DNA of 26,342 nt, taken from Gemmatimonadota bacterium. Lineage in GTDB: Bacteria > Gemmatimonadota > Gemmatimonadetes > Gemmatimonadales > Gemmatimonadaceae. The stretch covers positions 1-26,342 of the forward strand of contig JBDTXL010000471.1 in NCBI GenBank assembly GCA_040006195.1, in the 5' to 3' direction. The position numbers were made by a program, and so were the translations under genes. The notes under the pieces were generated by a model. It searched no databases, was not told the DNA's origin, and saw only the letters and a program-made list of their open reading frames with translations. Positions 23,868-26,342 of this stretch are shown here, piece by piece (position 1 is the first letter of the stretch; each line of letters starts with the position of its first letter).

Positions 23868-24434
23868 TCATGCGTGGCAGGGTCTTCCCGCTGCGGCGGT
23901 ATCGGCATTCGCATGGGCGATCGATTGTGTGGTTTGGTCGATCAGCCACGCCGCGCCGCGCGAAGACATGTGCGCCGTGAGTGTCGTGTCGCGGCCGAGG
24001 CCCTTGAGCTCGACCACTCGTGTGTCGACGGCGCGCTGCAGCTTCACCGAGACCACCTGTACCTCCCACTCGGCGATCCACGGACCGATGCGATTCAGCC
24101 GGCTGAGCAGCACCCAGTCGGCGTGCTGTGCCGCGCCCCACTGTGCAACGACATCCGAGTGCTCCCACAAATAGGAAGATCCCGGATGCTCGGCGGTGAC
24201 CGATGGCGCGGAGCCTGGAGTTACGGGGTAGCCGCAGCCCGCGAGTCTGGAACGCGCCTGCTCCGTCAGCTGCACGATCGCGGCGGAGTCTTCACGCGTG
24301 TCCGCGCTTGCGGACATGTTGTGCAGAATCACCGGCGCGACGGCCACCGTGGGTCGTAGCGGCGCAGGGCCGGCGGCGACGAGGAGAAGTGCGAGAACGA
24401 CTGTCAGCGGTTGCATGAGTGCGCGCGTCATCAT
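23868..24434 (-). CDS. Exported DUF3280/DUF2380-like protein (TolB-N/CsgG-like fold)
   Basis: 188 aa from ATG 24434. Signal peptide, then VAVAPVILHN, QLTEQARSRLAGCGY, VAQWGAAQHADWVLLSRLNRIG...WEVQVVSV...VVELKG. Family recognised from memory. Confidence 0.58.
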   Translation of the reverse strand: MMTRALMQPLTVVLALLLVAAGPAPLRPTVAVAPVILHNMSASADTREDSAAIVQLTEQARSRLAGCGYPVTPGSAPSVTAEHPGSSYLWEHSDVVAQWGAAQHADWVLLSRLNRIGPWIAEWEVQVVSVKLQRAVDTRVVELKGLGRDTTLTAHMSSRGAAWLIDQTTQSIAHANADTAAAGRPCHA

Positions 24435-24524
24435 TTCTTCGTGGGCTGCGGGGGCGTGGCGTTTCGGTTCGATGTCGAAGCATGGCACGTTGAAGGCTAC
24501 TTCGCACTCGGACGCTGGTTGCGA

Positions 24525-24763
24525 CTACACCTGCGCGAGGCCACCGTCGACGAAGAGCTCGAGATCCGTGAGCTTCGAAACATCGCCGCGCACGCCGATC
24601 GCGCCGCCGCCGATCGCCTTTACCGCCGCATCGAGCTCCGGCTGTCGCCGGCCCGTGATGAACACTGAGCGCCTTCCGCCGCGAACCGCTTCGCAGTCGC
24701 GAGACCTATACCGATCGTACCGCCCGTGACGAGGGCGACCTTATCTTCGAGTTTGCCCGACAT
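24525..24763 (-). pseudogene. Short-chain dehydrogenase/reductase (SDR) remnant: 1-bp frameshift plus large internal deletion
   Basis: [32 protein letters not shown], then a missing base at about 24665/24666 (GCT CA GTG), then [35 protein letters not shown] joined directly to the SDR C-terminus [11 protein letters not shown] (TAG 24527-24525). No NAG or YxxxK motif. Confidence 0.88.
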
Positions 24764-24898
24764 GAAGCACACCAGCGTGAGAGGGAGTCTGTGCCGACTG
24801 GTATGCAACGTCGCTCAACCGGGTTTTGGTTCCGACCTCCTCGATACCGGAAATCTCCATGGCGTTTGCAAGAGCAAGCACCACGGCGATGATGCCGA

Positions 24899-25465
24899 TC
24901 ACCCCGGTGACTTCAACGCCGGGAGGATGGCGGTGTTCTGCCCGTTCACGATCATCCACTTCGAATCGGCGCCCTTCTTCAGCACGTACACCATAATCGT
25001 GCGCAGCACGCCCGTTCCGTCCGCCCCGGTCTCGCTGGGCTGAATTCCCGGTGGAAGCGCCGTGTAGCCCGACACCGAGTGCTCGTAGTGCGCGATCGCC
25101 AGCTCGGGTGTCACGAAGATGACTTTTCGCACCGCCACCACATCGTGCGAATCCTTGAAGATCGACGCGAAGATTCGCGTCGTGATCCCCTCGATCGCCG
25201 GCTTTCCGCTGAACGGCGTCCCGAGGATGTTGATGAACTCGGCCGTCGGGACGAAGCGGCTGGCCCAGCCGGCAGCGTCGTGGCGGTTCCAGGCCGCGGC
25301 CTGATCGTCGATGATTGCTCGGATGTCGGTTTCGGCGTCCGCAGGTGCCACTGGATGATCCGTGCTCATGAGGCGTGTCCCCTGTGCGAGGAGTGTAGGA
25401 TAGTAGACGGTGGGCGCGAGCGAGAAGATCGCGGCGGCAAGGATGGCGGTCCTGGAGGCAGACAT
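24899..25465 (-). CDS. Exported SnoaL-like / NTF2-family protein (SgcJ/EcaC type)
   Basis: GGGAG then ATG 25465; 188 aa. Signal peptide; IRAIIDDQAAAWNRHDAAGWASRF..AEFINILG..FSGKPAIE; VIFVTPELAIAH; KWMIVNGQNT. Confidence 0.85.
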   Translation of the reverse strand: MSASRTAILAAAIFSLAPTVYYPTLLAQGTRLMSTDHPVAPADAETDIRAIIDDQAAAWNRHDAAGWASRFVPTAEFINILGTPFSGKPAIEGITTRIFASIFKDSHDVVAVRKVIFVTPELAIAHYEHSVSGYTALPPGIQPSETGADGTGVLRTIMVYVLKKGADSKWMIVNGQNTAILPALKSPG

Positions 25466-25499
25466 GGGGGCTCCCGTGATTCGTGGCACTGCATAGGCC

Positions 25500-25521
25500 T
25501 TATGGCACTGTTGTGTCATAA
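25500..25521. promoter_or_regulatory. Probable TetR operator in the divergent promoter region
   Basis: TTATGGCAC-TGTT-GTGTCATAA: 9-bp arms with one mismatch, between the divergent SnoaL and TetR starts. A -10-like TATACT lies at 25532-25537. Confidence 0.6.
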
Positions 25522-25545
25522 TGCAATCTAGTATACTTTTCCACC

Positions 25546-26193
25546 ATGGCAACTACGAAGTCATCCGGCGAGCGGGTACAGCAAAAGGGACGCACCCGAA
25601 GCGCCCTCCTCTCCGCCGCGGTGGCACTCGTCTCGGCGGGAAGCGCGCCCTCCGTCGCCGAGGTAGCCGACGCGGCGAACGTCTCGCGTCGAACCGCATA
25701 TCGCTATTTCCCGACGCAGGAGCAGCTACTCGTCGAGGCATCACTGGAGGGCGTGCGCGGCATCATCTCTAGCGCTATCGAGGGGAACGGTACAGTTGGC
25801 AAAGCGGGCAAGGGCGACGCAGATATCGAGGCCCGCCTCGACCGCGTTGTGCACGCGATGCAGCAGAGCGCCGCCGAGAACGAGCAGCTGCTGCGCTCGA
25901 TGATCCGACTCACCGTCGGCACGCGCCCCGACCCGAAGCGCCTCAAGCGCGGCTATCGGCGGATCGAGTGGATCGCGCAGGCGCTCGCGCCCGCGAAGAA
26001 GGAGCTCGGGAAGTGCCGCTACGAGCGGCTCGTCTCCGCCCTCTCGCTGTGCATGGGGATCGAGGCGCTCATAATTTTGCGTGATCTGCGAGGGCTCTCG
26101 GGGAACGACGCCGAGAATGTGTCGCGCTGGGCGGCGCGCACCCTGCTCCGCGAATCGCTCCTCGAGGCTGCGCCGAAGAGGACAAAAAAGTAG
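25546..26193 (+). CDS. TetR/AcrR family transcriptional regulator
   Basis: 215 aa. HTH region RTRSALLSAAVALV...PSVAEVADAANVSRRTAYRYFPTQEQLL followed by a helical ligand-binding domain. Confidence 0.93.
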   Translation: MATTKSSGERVQQKGRTRSALLSAAVALVSAGSAPSVAEVADAANVSRRTAYRYFPTQEQLLVEASLEGVRGIISSAIEGNGTVGKAGKGDADIEARLDRVVHAMQQSAAENEQLLRSMIRLTVGTRPDPKRLKRGYRRIEWIAQALAPAKKELGKCRYERLVSALSLCMGIEALIILRDLRGLSGNDAENVSRWAARTLLRESLLEAAPKRTKK

Positions 26194-26205
26194 CGCCCCC
26201 GCGCC

Positions 26206-26342
26206 CTACTCGTGCCGGATCGCCTCGATCTGACTCATTCGCGATGCGCGGAGCGCCGGATACGTCCCGAACACGAGTCCGATCAGGAGCGCACTTCCCA
26301 CCGCGACGAGGATCGTCATCCACGAGAAGCCCGCGTGGAAGA
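26206..26342 (-). CDS. ABC transporter permease (MacB/FtsX family), 3' end only; not in the ORF track
   Basis: Manual translation: FHAGFSWMTILVAVGSALLIGLVFGTYPALRASRMSQIEAIRHE* (TAG 26208-26206), the typical MacB/FtsX permease C-terminus. The gene runs off the window. Confidence 0.85.
   Translation of the reverse strand, partial: FHAGFSWMTILVAVGSALLIGLVFGTYPALRASRMSQIEAIRHE

Noticed and set aside
23119-24168. 349-aa ORF as listed in the ORF track
   Set aside because: The first 135 codons overlap the DUF3280-like gene and a spacer and are not protein-like. The real coding part starts at about 23763/23754.
24741-24959. 72-aa minus-strand ORF with a hydrophobic stretch (IGIIAVVLALANA)
   Set aside because: It overlaps both the SnoaL gene end and the SDR start in other frames, has no RBS and no recognisable motif. 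It may be a further remnant, but I cannot support it.
1-26342. CRISPR arrays, tRNA/rRNA genes, IS elements, integrases and known defence systems
   Set aside because: I saw no regularly spaced repeats, cloverleaf or rRNA signatures, terminal inverted repeats with a transposase, or recognisable defence genes. RmuC has a nuclease-like fold but is a widespread chromosomal gene.

Overview
GC-rich bacterial chromosomal window, Gemmatimonadota-like by gene style (inference only). I saw no rRNA, tRNA, CRISPR array, transposase or integrase. Left part: gltD; a DUF5671-like membrane protein coupled to a pilin-like protein; an ABM-family protein; an operon of a PQQ methanol/ethanol-family dehydrogenase with a lanthanide-type D-x-D motif, a lipoprotein cytochrome c and an exported YtcJ-like amidohydrolase; a GH-A-like lipoprotein; rmuC; a His-rich small protein; a cytidylate-kinase-like / molybdo-oxidoreductase / FNR operon; an exported catalase-related peroxidase; and a GAF histidine kinase with an unusual C-terminal helical domain. 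Right part: a dienelactone hydrolase and an amidohydrolase-NTF2 fusion, then an accessory, decaying segment (about 18.5-24.8 kb). That segment holds two paralogous exported proteins with an unrecognised N-terminal domain plus a TonB-C-like domain, an orphan third C-terminal tip of the same family, a hidden C-terminal remnant of a second TrxB-like gene, an intact cNMP-Grx-like-TrxR protein lacking CXXC, and two genes (alpha/beta hydrolase, SDR) collapsed by internal deletions. The window ends with a TetR/SnoaL divergon carrying a palindromic operator and the 3' end of an ABC permease. Family calls come from motif recognition by eye; no database searches were run.
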